Shown here one piece after another: positions 40,693-50,381 of a stretch of DNA of 64,000 nucleotides (within the stretch, counting starts at the first letter, position 1; every line of letters begins with the position of its first letter). The position numbers and the translations under genes were made by a program. The notes below the pieces were generated by a model that did not search any database, had not been told where the DNA came from, and saw only the letters and a list, made by a program, of their open reading frames with translations. Source of the DNA: an uncultured Ignavibacteria bacterium (GTDB lineage: Bacteria > Bacteroidota > Ignavibacteria > Tepidaquicellales > OLB5); the NCBI GenBank assembly GCA_947084945.1, contig CAMTUP010000007.1:6833-70832 (forward strand), read 5' to 3'.

Positions 40693-41655
40693 TTGAAAAT
40701 CAAATTATTAAAAATACCGTTTATCATATTATTGCTTTTTTTGGCAAATAATATAAATTCACAGCAAATTGATAGCAATAAAGCAATATTAAAGCTGAAT
40801 GATGGATATTCTATTAATGATTCTGTTAGAAATCCAGTTGAATTGAAATTGAAAAGCGGAAGTCAACTGCCAAATCAGAAAAATAAAATAAATTTTATAA
40901 AATTCGGAGCTATTACAGGAATTACAGCCGGAACATTTGTTTGGCTTCATAATTACCAGAAAAATTCATGGTGGTCGGGTCAAAGAGGAAAATTTCATTT
41001 CCAGAATGACTGGGATTATGCAATGAGTGCTGATAAGACAGGACACTTTTTTGACGGAGCATTTATTCAGGCATTGTATAAAGGGGCATTTGAATGGGCA
41101 GGTTTTAGCCCAACTGCCTCGGTTTGGATGGGCGCTGCTTTCAGTATAGCATATATGACAGATGTTGAAATTGAAGATGGTTTTGCAAGAGACTGGGGAT
41201 TTTCAATGGGTGATCAGATATTCAATGTTACGGGAGCTTTGTACCCGGTTGCCCAGCACTATTGGGAGCCTCTAAAAAGCTTTAATGTGAAATGGAGTTA
41301 TTTCCCATCTGAGGATTTAACGAGCGGTAAGAGAAACGGCGCTTTCCTTGATGATTACAACGGACAAACTATGTGGCTATCAATGAATGTTCACGATGTG
41401 CTTGGGAAAAAAGCGAAGAGTTTCTGGCCTGATTACCTTAATATTGTAACTGGGTATGGAGTAAATCATTATACCGAGTACGATAAAAGATATGCCGATT
41501 ATTACGTAGGATTAGATGTAAACTGGGAAAAGATTATTCCCGGTAAATCAAAGTTCATGCTTTGGTTCAAAAATGTAATTAATCATTTCCGTTTCTTCCC
41601 GCTTCCTGTTTTAAGGTTCAATAAAGATGGGGTATCCTACATAGTAAACTGGTAA
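40693..41655 (+). CDS. DUF2279/YfiM-like exported protein
   Basis: DKTGHF, EIEDGF...WGFSMGD...N, DYNGQTMWLS. Confidence 0.8.
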   Translation: MKIKLLKIPFIILLLFLANNINSQQIDSNKAILKLNDGYSINDSVRNPVELKLKSGSQLPNQKNKINFIKFGAITGITAGTFVWLHNYQKNSWWSGQRGKFHFQNDWDYAMSADKTGHFFDGAFIQALYKGAFEWAGFSPTASVWMGAAFSIAYMTDVEIEDGFARDWGFSMGDQIFNVTGALYPVAQHYWEPLKSFNVKWSYFPSEDLTSGKRNGAFLDDYNGQTMWLSMNVHDVLGKKAKSFWPDYLNIVTGYGVNHYTEYDKRYADYYVGLDVNWEKIIPGKSKFMLWFKNVINHFRFFPLPVLRFNKDGVSYIVNW

Positions 41656-42653
41656 TGAAAAAAAATATTACAATAAATATTGTGTGCATAATATTCTTTT
41701 GCAATTTTATTCTCGCAGGTGATAATTCAATTATAGGCAATGATATAAGATTAAAGTTAAAAGAGAAGCCAAATTTAAAAAGTATAGTTTTTAAAAGCCA
41801 GCCAAATGAAGTAATATCTATTTCTGATAATGATATTTTCAGTTTAAAGAATTACAGGAACATGAAATCATACAAAGTAAATCCTATAAAGATGACAATA
41901 CTTGGAGTTGCAGCTGCTGGGGTTTTTACGGGATTTCATATATATTATTCAAATACATGGTGGAAAGACAGAAGAGATTATTTTAAATTTGCAGCAGATG
42001 GTTATTATGCAAGAAATATAGATAAAGCATCTCACATTTTTACAGCAAATTTTTTCACTATAGCAACTTCAACTGCATATGAATGGGCGGGAATAGCACC
42101 TGATAAAGCTTTGCTTTATGGAGCATTGACATCATTTGCTTATGAAACATATATAGAAATAAATGATGGATTTGCACCAAACTGGGGATTTGACTGGGGT
42201 GATACGGGAGCAAATGTATTTGGAGCCGTCTATCCATTTTTACAAAATGCAATAAACCCGCTGAAACATGTGAATTTTAAATGGAGTTTCAAACCGGACT
42301 GGATAAAGAAAAAAACAGGTAATCAAAGCGATTTGTTAGATGATTATACAAATATGACATTTTGGCTGAGTGTAAACCCAATGATAGTTCTTCCAAAATC
42401 AGTTACAAAAGCAAAACTATACCCCAATTTTCTTGCCTTAGCATTAGGAATGAGCATACAAAACGCCAGCCATGTAACCGGCAGCTCATCGGCTAAAGTT
42501 GTATGGTTAATAGCACTCGATTGGGATATAAATCAGTTACCGGGTAAATCTGATTTCATGAAAAAATTTAAGAAAATCCTGAATTTTTATCACTTTCCAG
42601 CACCAGCAGTAAAAATTTCGCCTGAGGGAGTTTGGTATGGACTTTATTTTTAA
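41655..42653 (+). CDS. DUF2279/YfiM-like exported protein (paralog)
   Basis: DKASH, EINDGF..WGFDWGD..AN, DYTNMTFWLS; TAATG-coupled to the previous gene. Confidence 0.8.
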   Translation: MKKNITINIVCIIFFCNFILAGDNSIIGNDIRLKLKEKPNLKSIVFKSQPNEVISISDNDIFSLKNYRNMKSYKVNPIKMTILGVAAAGVFTGFHIYYSNTWWKDRRDYFKFAADGYYARNIDKASHIFTANFFTIATSTAYEWAGIAPDKALLYGALTSFAYETYIEINDGFAPNWGFDWGDTGANVFGAVYPFLQNAINPLKHVNFKWSFKPDWIKKKTGNQSDLLDDYTNMTFWLSVNPMIVLPKSVTKAKLYPNFLALALGMSIQNASHVTGSSSAKVVWLIALDWDINQLPGKSDFMKKFKKILNFYHFPAPAVKISPEGVWYGLYF

Positions 42654-42706
42654 CAATTTTTCACTTATTTTTGTAGCTTTAACAGAAAACAGACTCATAA
42701 AATACA

Positions 42707-42913
42707 ATGGCTAAACAACAAACATTTGCAGATAAAGCAGCAAAATTAGGCAAAAAAGGCTTATTAGTAATAGACCCTGAAACCGGAAAAGAGACAAAAC
42801 TTCTTAACGTAAAATTCATTGAATCAGTTAAGACAGAAAAAGGGACATGGAAATTCCTTGAGAGAATGCATAAGGTATATGAATCATCACTTAAACCATA
42901 TAAACCACAATAG
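42707..42913 (+). CDS. Small basic protein, possible DUF4295/bL38 homolog
   Basis: 68 aa, Lys-rich, directly upstream of rpmB. Confidence 0.55.
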   Translation: MAKQQTFADKAAKLGKKGLLVIDPETGKETKLLNVKFIESVKTEKGTWKFLERMHKVYESSLKPYKPQ

Positions 42914-42994
42914 ATTACATTTAATCAAGCTACATTTATTTTAGCAATTTTTTACAGTTACGAATTATTTAATTCTGAAAGAGAAGATACCACA

Positions 42995-43222
42995 ATGTCA
43001 AAAGTTTGTGAATTAACAGGAAAAAAGCCGCTATCAGGAAACAATGTTTCTCATGCGCATAACAAGACAAAAAGAAAACAGCTTCCAAACCTGAGAGTAA
43101 AAAGAATTTGGATAGAAGAAGAAAATAAATTCATTACCTTAAGGCTCTCAACCAGCGCTCTTAGAACATTAAAGAAAAAGGGCTATGCTAAAATGGTTGC
43201 TGAAATGAAAAAAGCAGGCTAA
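42995..43222 (+). CDS. rpmB: 50S ribosomal protein L28
   Basis: [33 protein letters not shown]. Confidence 0.97.
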   Translation: MSKVCELTGKKPLSGNNVSHAHNKTKRKQLPNLRVKRIWIEEENKFITLRLSTSALRTLKKKGYAKMVAEMKKAG

Positions 43223-43276
43223 TCTTAAAGAAAAATTGAAGTTTGTTAACGTAAAGTCCTTCGGCAAAAGTTTTTA

Positions 43277-43312
43277 TAGGGAGTGTAAATCTGATTTGCA
43301 CTCCTATTGTTT
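43277..43312 (+). terminator. Probable terminator
   Basis: GGAGTG/CACTCC stem after rpmB. Confidence 0.55.
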
Positions 43313-43371
43313 TGCATATACTTATTATTATTTATAAACGCTTTTTAATTTATTGTTAATTTCTTACTACT

Positions 43372-44115
43372 TTGCAAAACACACCACAACTAAGCATAAT
43401 AATTCCAACACTGAATGAAGAAAAGCTAATTCAACAAACCCTTGGACAGTTCACTCCGCAATTAAAAGAAAAATATAATATAGAAATAATTATTTCTGAT
43501 GGCGGCAGTACGGATAACACTCTGAAACTTTTAACACCAATTGTAGATAAAACTGTATTAGCAGTGTCGGGGATAAAACAAAATATTCCGCAGGGAAGAA
43601 ATGCAGGCGCAAAAGCTGCCAATGGAAAATTACTGTATTTTTTTAATGCTGATACAATGATAAAAGATATAGATAAGTTCTTTAATTTATCATTAAATTC
43701 ATTTAGTAATGATACAAATTACGCATTGACCTGCAGGTTCCATGTATTCCCTGATGATGTAAAGTTATCCGATAAAATGTTTCATGGGTTTTATAATAAT
43801 TATGTCAGGATATTAAATTCTATAGGTATGGGTATGGGCAGAGGTGAGTGCCATATGATAAGAAGTGAAGTATTCCAAAGGGTTAATGGATATAACGAAT
43901 TGCTTGCCGCAGGTGAAGATTATGATCTGTATAGAAGGATAAAGCTGCTTGGCACAGGCAAAATTAAATTCTTAAATGATCTGCTTGTATATGAATCACC
44001 CCGCAGATACAGGAAATTTGGGTATATAAAGGTTTTTAGAGACTGGACTAAAAATGCTTTCTCGGTTTTCTTTAAGAATAAATCGATAAGTGAAGTGTGG
44101 GAAGCAGTAAGATAG
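43372..44115 (+). CDS. GT2 glycosyltransferase
   Basis: SIIIPTLNEE, DGGSTD, RNAGA, GEDYD, SPRR. Confidence 0.9.
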   Translation: MQNTPQLSIIIPTLNEEKLIQQTLGQFTPQLKEKYNIEIIISDGGSTDNTLKLLTPIVDKTVLAVSGIKQNIPQGRNAGAKAANGKLLYFFNADTMIKDIDKFFNLSLNSFSNDTNYALTCRFHVFPDDVKLSDKMFHGFYNNYVRILNSIGMGMGRGECHMIRSEVFQRVNGYNELLAAGEDYDLYRRIKLLGTGKIKFLNDLLVYESPRRYRKFGYIKVFRDWTKNAFSVFFKNKSISEVWEAVR

Positions 44116-44122
44116 AAACGTT

Positions 44123-44697
44123 AATGTCAAATGTCAAAAAGAAAATGTCAAATGTCAAAATCCAAATGTCAAAAGATAATAGCAGAGGAAGCCACTGAGG
44201 GAAAGATAAATGTCAAATGTCAAGTATAATTTATTAATCCGGGTCTTTTGAATTGCTGAAGATTTTAGAAAATATAAGGACAAGTTCATGTGCTTCTTTC
44301 CATAAGACTCTGCATTCTTCGGTTTTTTCGGGGTTAGATTTTGATATCATTCTTAGCCAATGTTTAGTTTCCTTAGCTTCCTTTTTACATGTCCCTATCT
44401 TATTCCTGAAATCTTTTTTTGATACTCCTCCATCAGCTTCCATATAGTTTGCGCCAATACTTGTAGAAGACCTCACAATTTGTCTTATCAGTGGTTTATT
44501 AACTTCATCCAGCTTAATTCCACGTGCAAAAACAATTACATTTTCACCAAACACAGCCGTTCGCTCCTCAAGATCAAATTTTTTATTACTTTCTTTAGGC
44601 ATAATAAAATAATTATATCTTCAATATATTTGAAATTTGAGTTTTGACATTTGATGTTATGTTTTTATTTGACATTTGGATTTTGACATTTGACATT
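44123..44697. mobile_element. Four-helix-bundle cassette bracketed by inverted heptamer (AATGTCA) arrays
   Basis: Perfect 30-bp IR at 44144-44173 and 44668-44697, plus extra AATGTCA/TGACATT units on each side. Confidence 0.72.
44234..44602 (-). CDS. Four helix bundle protein (23S rRNA IVS protein / Avd-like family)
   Basis: DLEERT..F, QIVRSSTSIGANYMEA, SKKDF.NKI...KKEAKET..WL. Confidence 0.92.
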   Translation of the reverse strand: MPKESNKKFDLEERTAVFGENVIVFARGIKLDEVNKPLIRQIVRSSTSIGANYMEADGGVSKKDFRNKIGTCKKEAKETKHWLRMISKSNPEKTEECRVLWKEAHELVLIFSKIFSNSKDPD

Positions 44698-44709
44698 GTA
44701 AGAATTTCT

Positions 44710-45696
44710 TTAAATTGTAAGGTAATTACCTTTTACTAGATACTTCTTCACATAATCCTCAATTGAATCATCAAGAGAGGTTATTTTGTTTTCAAAACCT
44801 GCTCCTCTTAGTTTATTAATATTGGCTTTGCTGTAGTATTGATATTGCTCTCTGATATTTTCAGGAATATCAATAAATTCAATCTTAGGTTCTTTGCCAA
44901 GAGCTTTAAATACTGCATTTGCAGCATCAAGCCATGTAGCTGTTGCTCCAGAACCTATATTAAATATTCCAGTTTCATTTTTCCCTGTTTCATTGAATGG
45001 GTCAAAGAATAATGTCATTTCAACAGCATCTTTAACATAGATAAAATCGCGCATCTGCTCGCCATCTTTATAATCAGGTTGTAATGATTTGAATAGCTTA
45101 AGTTTTCCGGTTTCATTAATTTGTGAAAAAGCTTTATTCACCATACTCCGCATATCGCCTTTGTGGTATTCGTTTGGACCGAAAACATTGAAATATTTCA
45201 GCCCGACAAACTTATTGTTCAGTTTGTTTTCAATTACCCACATATCAAACATCTGTTTTGATAGACCATACTTATTAAGTGGTTTTAATTTCGGGATAGT
45301 TTCAATATCATCATCAAACCCTTCGGAGCCGTTGCCGTAAGTAGCCGCGCTTGAAGCATAGATATACTTGGTATTATTCTTAATGCACCATTTACCAATT
45401 GATTTTGAGTACTCAACGTTATTTTCTATAAGGTAATCCATATTACTTTCTGTGGTTGAACTGCACGCACCCATATGGTAAATTGTATCGACCTTATAAT
45501 TGATTGCGCCGGTTTGGACTTTTTTTAGGAATGAATCTTTATCAATGAAATCAACAAAATCCAACTCAGCCAGATTTTGCTGTTTTGTTCCTTTTGTATC
45601 TTCATCAACAATAAGTATATCTTTGATGCTAAGAGTGTTCAGCCTCCAGCAAATTGCGCTTCCAATAAATCCTGCCCCGCCTGTTATGATTTTCAT
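44710..45696 (-). CDS. hldD: ADP-L-glycero-D-manno-heptose 6-epimerase
   Basis: TGGAGFIGS, HMGACSSTTE, YASSAATYG, YGLSK, YFNVFGPNEYHKGDMRS. Confidence 0.93.
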   Translation of the reverse strand: MKIITGGAGFIGSAICWRLNTLSIKDILIVDEDTKGTKQQNLAELDFVDFIDKDSFLKKVQTGAINYKVDTIYHMGACSSTTESNMDYLIENNVEYSKSIGKWCIKNNTKYIYASSAATYGNGSEGFDDDIETIPKLKPLNKYGLSKQMFDMWVIENKLNNKFVGLKYFNVFGPNEYHKGDMRSMVNKAFSQINETGKLKLFKSLQPDYKDGEQMRDFIYVKDAVEMTLFFDPFNETGKNETGIFNIGSGATATWLDAANAVFKALGKEPKIEFIDIPENIREQYQYYSKANINKLRGAGFENKITSLDDSIEDYVKKYLVKGNYLTI

Positions 45697-45859
45697 ATGA
45701 AATTTGTGTTTTAGATTACAAATTTACGTTATTATGGTATCTAATTCAATTTATTACATATTTTTGCATATTTATTAAATTTTTCAGTAGAAATTAAGTT
45801 AAGAAATCATTAAGTTTAATACAATTGAACATAATAACTATTAAATCATTGGAGGAAAT

Positions 45860-46801
45860 ATGAAGAAAATATTTACAGTTTTTATATTTATTTTGGCTAT
45901 AAGCCCATTCATTTATTCGCAAAGAGTATTAATGAATGAAACATTTGAGTCATCTGGTTTTGTTGGTCCTGATAGTTTACCTACAAATTGGGTTGCAGTG
46001 GATGCTGACGGTACAAATTCTTCTTATCCTAATGCAATATGGAGAGTAAGAGATACAAGTGCAACATTTCCTGGTGTAAATGCTGCTATTAAATCTAGAG
46101 CAAATTTTTACACCAGAAGATCTATAAGCATTCCCTGGCGTGCAGGTAATCCTGTTGCCGATGATTGGGTTTTTACAGACAGTTTAAGAATTCAAACTGG
46201 TGACAGTTTAAAATTCTGGATGTTATTAGGTACACCTGCTGATTCAATTCTTGGAATAAACTTGACACATTACATTGATACAATGCAGGTATGGGTTTGT
46301 TTTGATCAAGACCCAGCAGCAGCATTAACAAAATTAGCTACAATAAGAAGTTCCGATTCCGATAATGTTTGGAATCAATATAAATACAATTTGAGTACAT
46401 ACAATGGTCAAAAAATTTATATTGCATTTAGATATTTTATGAATACAACAGATGATGGTTTATGGTGTAACATTGACAATGTTTTTGTTGGCAATAGCAG
46501 CGCAATTGGTATTCAGCAAATTGGTTCAGAGGTGCCGCGGACATTTGAGTTAAAGCAAAACTATCCTAATCCGTTTAACCCGGTTACGAATATTGAATTT
46601 AGTATTGCCAAAACTAGAGATGTGAGTTTGGTTATTTATAATTCCATAGGTCAGCTAGTTCAAACGCTTGTTAACCAGGAATTAAAAGCAGGTAATTATA
46701 AGTATGATTTCAATGCTTCGGGTCTTCCAAGCGGTTCGTATTATTACAGATTAACCGCTGGTGATTTTGTTAGAACAAACAAGATGATATTGATAAAGTA
46801 A
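45860..46801 (+). CDS. Cleaved-adhesin/choice-of-anchor J-like secreted protein with T9SS domain
   Basis: ETFE..LP..W...DADG, ADDW, YNLSTYNGQKIYIAFRY, IDNV, QNYPNPFNP. Confidence 0.82.
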   Translation: MKKIFTVFIFILAISPFIYSQRVLMNETFESSGFVGPDSLPTNWVAVDADGTNSSYPNAIWRVRDTSATFPGVNAAIKSRANFYTRRSISIPWRAGNPVADDWVFTDSLRIQTGDSLKFWMLLGTPADSILGINLTHYIDTMQVWVCFDQDPAAALTKLATIRSSDSDNVWNQYKYNLSTYNGQKIYIAFRYFMNTTDDGLWCNIDNVFVGNSSAIGIQQIGSEVPRTFELKQNYPNPFNPVTNIEFSIAKTRDVSLVIYNSIGQLVQTLVNQELKAGNYKYDFNASGLPSGSYYYRLTAGDFVRTNKMILIK

Positions 46802-46804
46802 CGC

Positions 46805-46854
46805 AGTTACTTTTGAAATCCCGCTTAAAGGTCTAACACTTGCGGGATTGATAA
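46805..46854. repeat. 50-bp dispersed hairpin repeat (inverted copy of 15286-15335)
   Basis: 48/50 identity. Confidence 0.9.
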
Positions 46855-46862
46855 AGTAAGTT

Positions 46863-46930
46863 AAACGTGAAATGTGAAATGTGAAATGTCAAACGTGAAA
46901 TGTCAAATGTGAAATGTCAAATGTGAAACG
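46863..46930. repeat. Heptamer tandem array AAA(C/T)GT(G/C) x9
   Basis: Directly visible; shares the AATGTCA unit with the 44123-44697 arrays. Confidence 0.9.
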
Positions 46931-47074
46931 GAAGTTTTAATATGAGGTATTCATGAGATTGCTTCCAAAAGGTGTAGTGATTCTCTACCCAAAGAGAACA
47001 ATATTTTATTATTATTTTTGTAAGGGACGCTAATTTGCGTCCTTTATTTATTGACCCCTTTTTTCAATATATTG

Positions 47075-47300
47075 TGCGACACCTATGGTGTCGTGAATTT
47101 TCTCATATAATTTCTATAAATGTATGACGCCTAAAGGCGTCAAAACATATTGTAACCACAAAATTATTGGTATAAACTTTTTAACTAAAATAGATTTTTA
47201 AAACAATCCTGTAGGGATTGAACATATATAGCTAACATTTTATAAATACACCCGATGCCGCTCCGAAGTCCGAAGGACCTTTGGGGTAGGCATAGCACAT
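47075..47300. repeat. Cluster of degenerate REP-like hairpins
   Basis: CGACACCTATGGTGTCG, TGACGCCTAAAGGCGTCA, AATCCTGTAGGGATT. Confidence 0.55.
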
Positions 47301-47445
47301 GACAATTAAAACCAAACATAATGGCTTAATTCAGCATCAAAACATAAAAATTACAATTTAAATAAACCTCAAAAATGCTTCGTTTTTCATTGAAACTGAC
47401 CATCTTATTCAATATATTTGTTTTTTATAAAACTTTCCAAACTAC

Positions 47446-50265
47446 ATGAATTATAAGAGGCTAAATTACATCTTTGCAGGGATAGTATTACTGGTTTCTG
47501 CTATCACCTATTTATATACTATGCAGAAGACCCTTTCATTTTGGGATTGCGGTGAATTTATCGCCTGCGCATACACGCTTTCTATTCCACATCCGCCGGG
47601 TGCTCCATTATGGATCCTGCTTGGTAAAATTGCAACTATGATACCAATAGGCTCTAATCCCGCAATAATGATGAATGCACTTGCAGCAATAAGCTCTGCA
47701 TTTACCGCCTTCTTTTTATATTTGATAACAGTATCGGTTTTAAAAGTATGGAAAGGCGACATAAAAACACAGTGGGATGCAATAATGGTTTATTCCGCAG
47801 CCGCAATTGGCGCTCTTTCATTTGCTTTTAGCGATTCCCAGTGGTTTAATGCAAATGAATCGGAAGTATATGCATTAGGAACAATGCTTGTAGGTTTGTG
47901 TGTTTGGCTTTTAATGCGTTGGTGGGAAAAAGCTGATGAAAAAGGCAATGAAAGGATATTGCTATTAATTGCATTTATTGTAGGTTTATCACTTGGTATT
48001 CATTTACTTGTAGTTCAGGTAATTCTTGTAGGCGGACTTGTATTTTATTTCAGAAGACATAAATATGAACGCAAAACTTTCCTAATAGCGCTTGCAATAT
48101 CCGCAGGAGCGTTTATAGCAGTTTATCCAATAACAGTTATTTGGTTCCCAACATGGCTTGGCGGAGATATAAAAGCATTCAAGATAGAAGATAGCGGAAC
48201 AGTTACACTACTTGCTGCATTGATTGCTCCTGCATTAATTTATGGTGTTTACTGGGCAAACAAAAATAAAAAACAAACTCATGCTCTGGCATTTGCATCT
48301 TTTTTTCTTATTATACTTGGATATTCTATTTACGCTGGAGTAATATTAAGAGCAAATGTAAGCAACCTTCCTATTAACGAAAATGAACCTAAAGATCTTT
48401 CCAGTCTTGTTTCATATTTAAGCCGTGAGCAATATGGAGATGCGCCATTTTGGCCAAGAAGGTATTCACAGGAACCGATGCATAAAAGAACTTTTGCTAA
48501 TTATACAAGTGATATGGATTTTCTTTGGAAATACCAAATCAACCAGATGTTTAACCGCTATCTTGGATGGCAGTTTATAGGAAGAGAAAGTTATGATCAG
48601 GATGTAGGGATTGGGTGGACAGCTTCAGGCGGATCAAAAATGCTGATAATTATTGGACTTAGTGCGCTATTGCTTGCCTCTATGTATTTCTATTCATCTC
48701 AAAAGTATTTATATAGTTTAATGAGTGTAATTTTACTGTTAGTTGTTGGGGCAGCCGGATTTTGGTCAACGGCATTCAAAGCTATACCATTTTTGATAGG
48801 ACTTTTTGGACTCTTCTACCACTTCCGAAAAGACTGGAAGTTAGGGCTAACATTCCTCTGGATGTTCTTACTTATGGGTGTGTTTACAGCGCTATTCCAG
48901 CGTCAGCAGGACCCACAGCCAAGAGAAAGAGATTACTTCTATACAGGCGCATTTTTCGTTTATTCGATGTGGATAGGAATTGGAATAATGGGTATCATTG
49001 AGCTTATTAAAGAAAGCATATCAAGCTCACAAACAAGTAAATTGTTTTCAGGTGCAGTTTTAGTTGCATGCCTAGTACTTGTCCCAGGAATGATGTTTAA
49101 AACAAATTTCCATTACAATAACAGGAATGAAAACACTGTTCCTTTTGAATATGCTTATAACCTATTGCAGGGATTAGATAAAGATGCGATACTTTTCACA
49201 AATGGTGATAATGATACATTTCCACTTTGGTACTTACAGGCAGTTGAGGCATACAGAACTGATGTTAGAGTTGTAAATCTAAGCTTATTAAATACAGACT
49301 GGTATATTAGAGAGATGAAGAATTCCATGCCTTTTGGCAGTCTAAAAGTACCTATCAGTTATTCAGATGATGAAATAAAAAGAATATCACCCATTCAATG
49401 GGGAGATTTTAAAGCCGTAACAGTAACTGTTCCGCCAAATGCATATCCTGATAGTTTAAAAGCAAAGAACCAGACCCCTGATAAACTTACCTGGAAAATG
49501 CCATATTCATTTGCTTCAGGTAATGTTAAAGCTGTTAAGGTTCAGGATCAGATGATATTTGATATAGTTAAAACCAATAACTGGCAAAGACCAATTTATT
49601 TTTCAGCAACTGTAACAGAAGATAACTTTATCGGTCTTGATGAATATGTAGTACAGGAAGGAATGGCTAAGAGGGTGGTTCCGTTTAAATCAGAAATTCC
49701 TGTTCAATTCCGTGTAAACACCGAAAGAATGTGGAAGAATTTTATGGAAACTCCTGCTGGTTTTTCAAAAACTCCTCAGGATGGATATTTCTTCAGTAAT
49801 TTCTCAAATCCTGATATATTTTTTAATCAGGTTGAAACAAATGCAGTGCAAAGTTACCGCACACAATACCTTCAGTTTGCATATGAATTTATCAATCAGG
49901 GAGATAAGGCAAAAACCAATGAAGTATTGAACAGAATGGAAGTTTTATTTCCTAAAAATATCATTCCATATGATTACAGAATATTGTATGATGTAACAAT
50001 GCAATACCTTAAAGCAGATAACAGGGCAAAATTTGATGAGCTTTCTCCAATAGTAGAAAAAGAAGCGCTTGAAGTATTAGCGAAAAATCCGAGTGATATT
50101 CAATCTTTCTGGAATCCATATAAGCTTTTACTTGATATATATGAATCGAGAAGTGATTATAATAAAGCTTTAGAGATACTATACAAACTCGAAAGAGTAA
50201 GTCCAAACAATCCAGAGGTTAAGAATAAGATAGAAATACTTAAACAGAAACAGCAGGGTAGGTAA
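47446..50265 (+). CDS. DUF2723 (TMEM260-like) GT-C membrane glycosyltransferase
   Basis: SFWDCGEFIA, HPPGAPL, ESEVY, PRERDYFY, FTNGDNDTFPLWY. Confidence 0.9.
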   Translation: MNYKRLNYIFAGIVLLVSAITYLYTMQKTLSFWDCGEFIACAYTLSIPHPPGAPLWILLGKIATMIPIGSNPAIMMNALAAISSAFTAFFLYLITVSVLKVWKGDIKTQWDAIMVYSAAAIGALSFAFSDSQWFNANESEVYALGTMLVGLCVWLLMRWWEKADEKGNERILLLIAFIVGLSLGIHLLVVQVILVGGLVFYFRRHKYERKTFLIALAISAGAFIAVYPITVIWFPTWLGGDIKAFKIEDSGTVTLLAALIAPALIYGVYWANKNKKQTHALAFASFFLIILGYSIYAGVILRANVSNLPINENEPKDLSSLVSYLSREQYGDAPFWPRRYSQEPMHKRTFANYTSDMDFLWKYQINQMFNRYLGWQFIGRESYDQDVGIGWTASGGSKMLIIIGLSALLLASMYFYSSQKYLYSLMSVILLLVVGAAGFWSTAFKAIPFLIGLFGLFYHFRKDWKLGLTFLWMFLLMGVFTALFQRQQDPQPRERDYFYTGAFFVYSMWIGIGIMGIIELIKESISSSQTSKLFSGAVLVACLVLVPGMMFKTNFHYNNRNENTVPFEYAYNLLQGLDKDAILFTNGDNDTFPLWYLQAVEAYRTDVRVVNLSLLNTDWYIREMKNSMPFGSLKVPISYSDDEIKRISPIQWGDFKAVTVTVPPNAYPDSLKAKNQTPDKLTWKMPYSFASGNVKAVKVQDQMIFDIVKTNNWQRPIYFSATVTEDNFIGLDEYVVQEGMAKRVVPFKSEIPVQFRVNTERMWKNFMETPAGFSKTPQDGYFFSNFSNPDIFFNQVETNAVQSYRTQYLQFAYEFINQGDKAKTNEVLNRMEVLFPKNIIPYDYRILYDVTMQYLKADNRAKFDELSPIVEKEALEVLAKNPSDIQSFWNPYKLLLDIYESRSDYNKALEILYKLERVSPNNPEVKNKIEILKQKQQGR

Positions 50266-50280
50266 TAAAAAACATTAATA

Positions 50281-50348
50281 CCGGCAGTTTGCTTTACAAT
50301 AATAGATTGTCAAGGCAAACTGCTCCAAAGGAGCTCATTTGGAGCCGG
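50281..50348. terminator. Hairpin whose right arm is interrupted by a 20-bp micro-insertion
   Basis: Left arm CCGGCAGTTTGC; right arm GCAAACTGC[TCCAAAGGAGCTCATTTGGA]GCCGG. Confidence 0.65.
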
Positions 50349-50381
50349 AGTGATTATTTTAAACCAGACTGATAATAATAA

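Noticed and set aside
44234-44602. Diversity-generating retroelement (Avd-like gene) or rRNA intervening sequence
   Set aside because: No reverse transcriptase, TR/VR pair or rRNA sequence nearby
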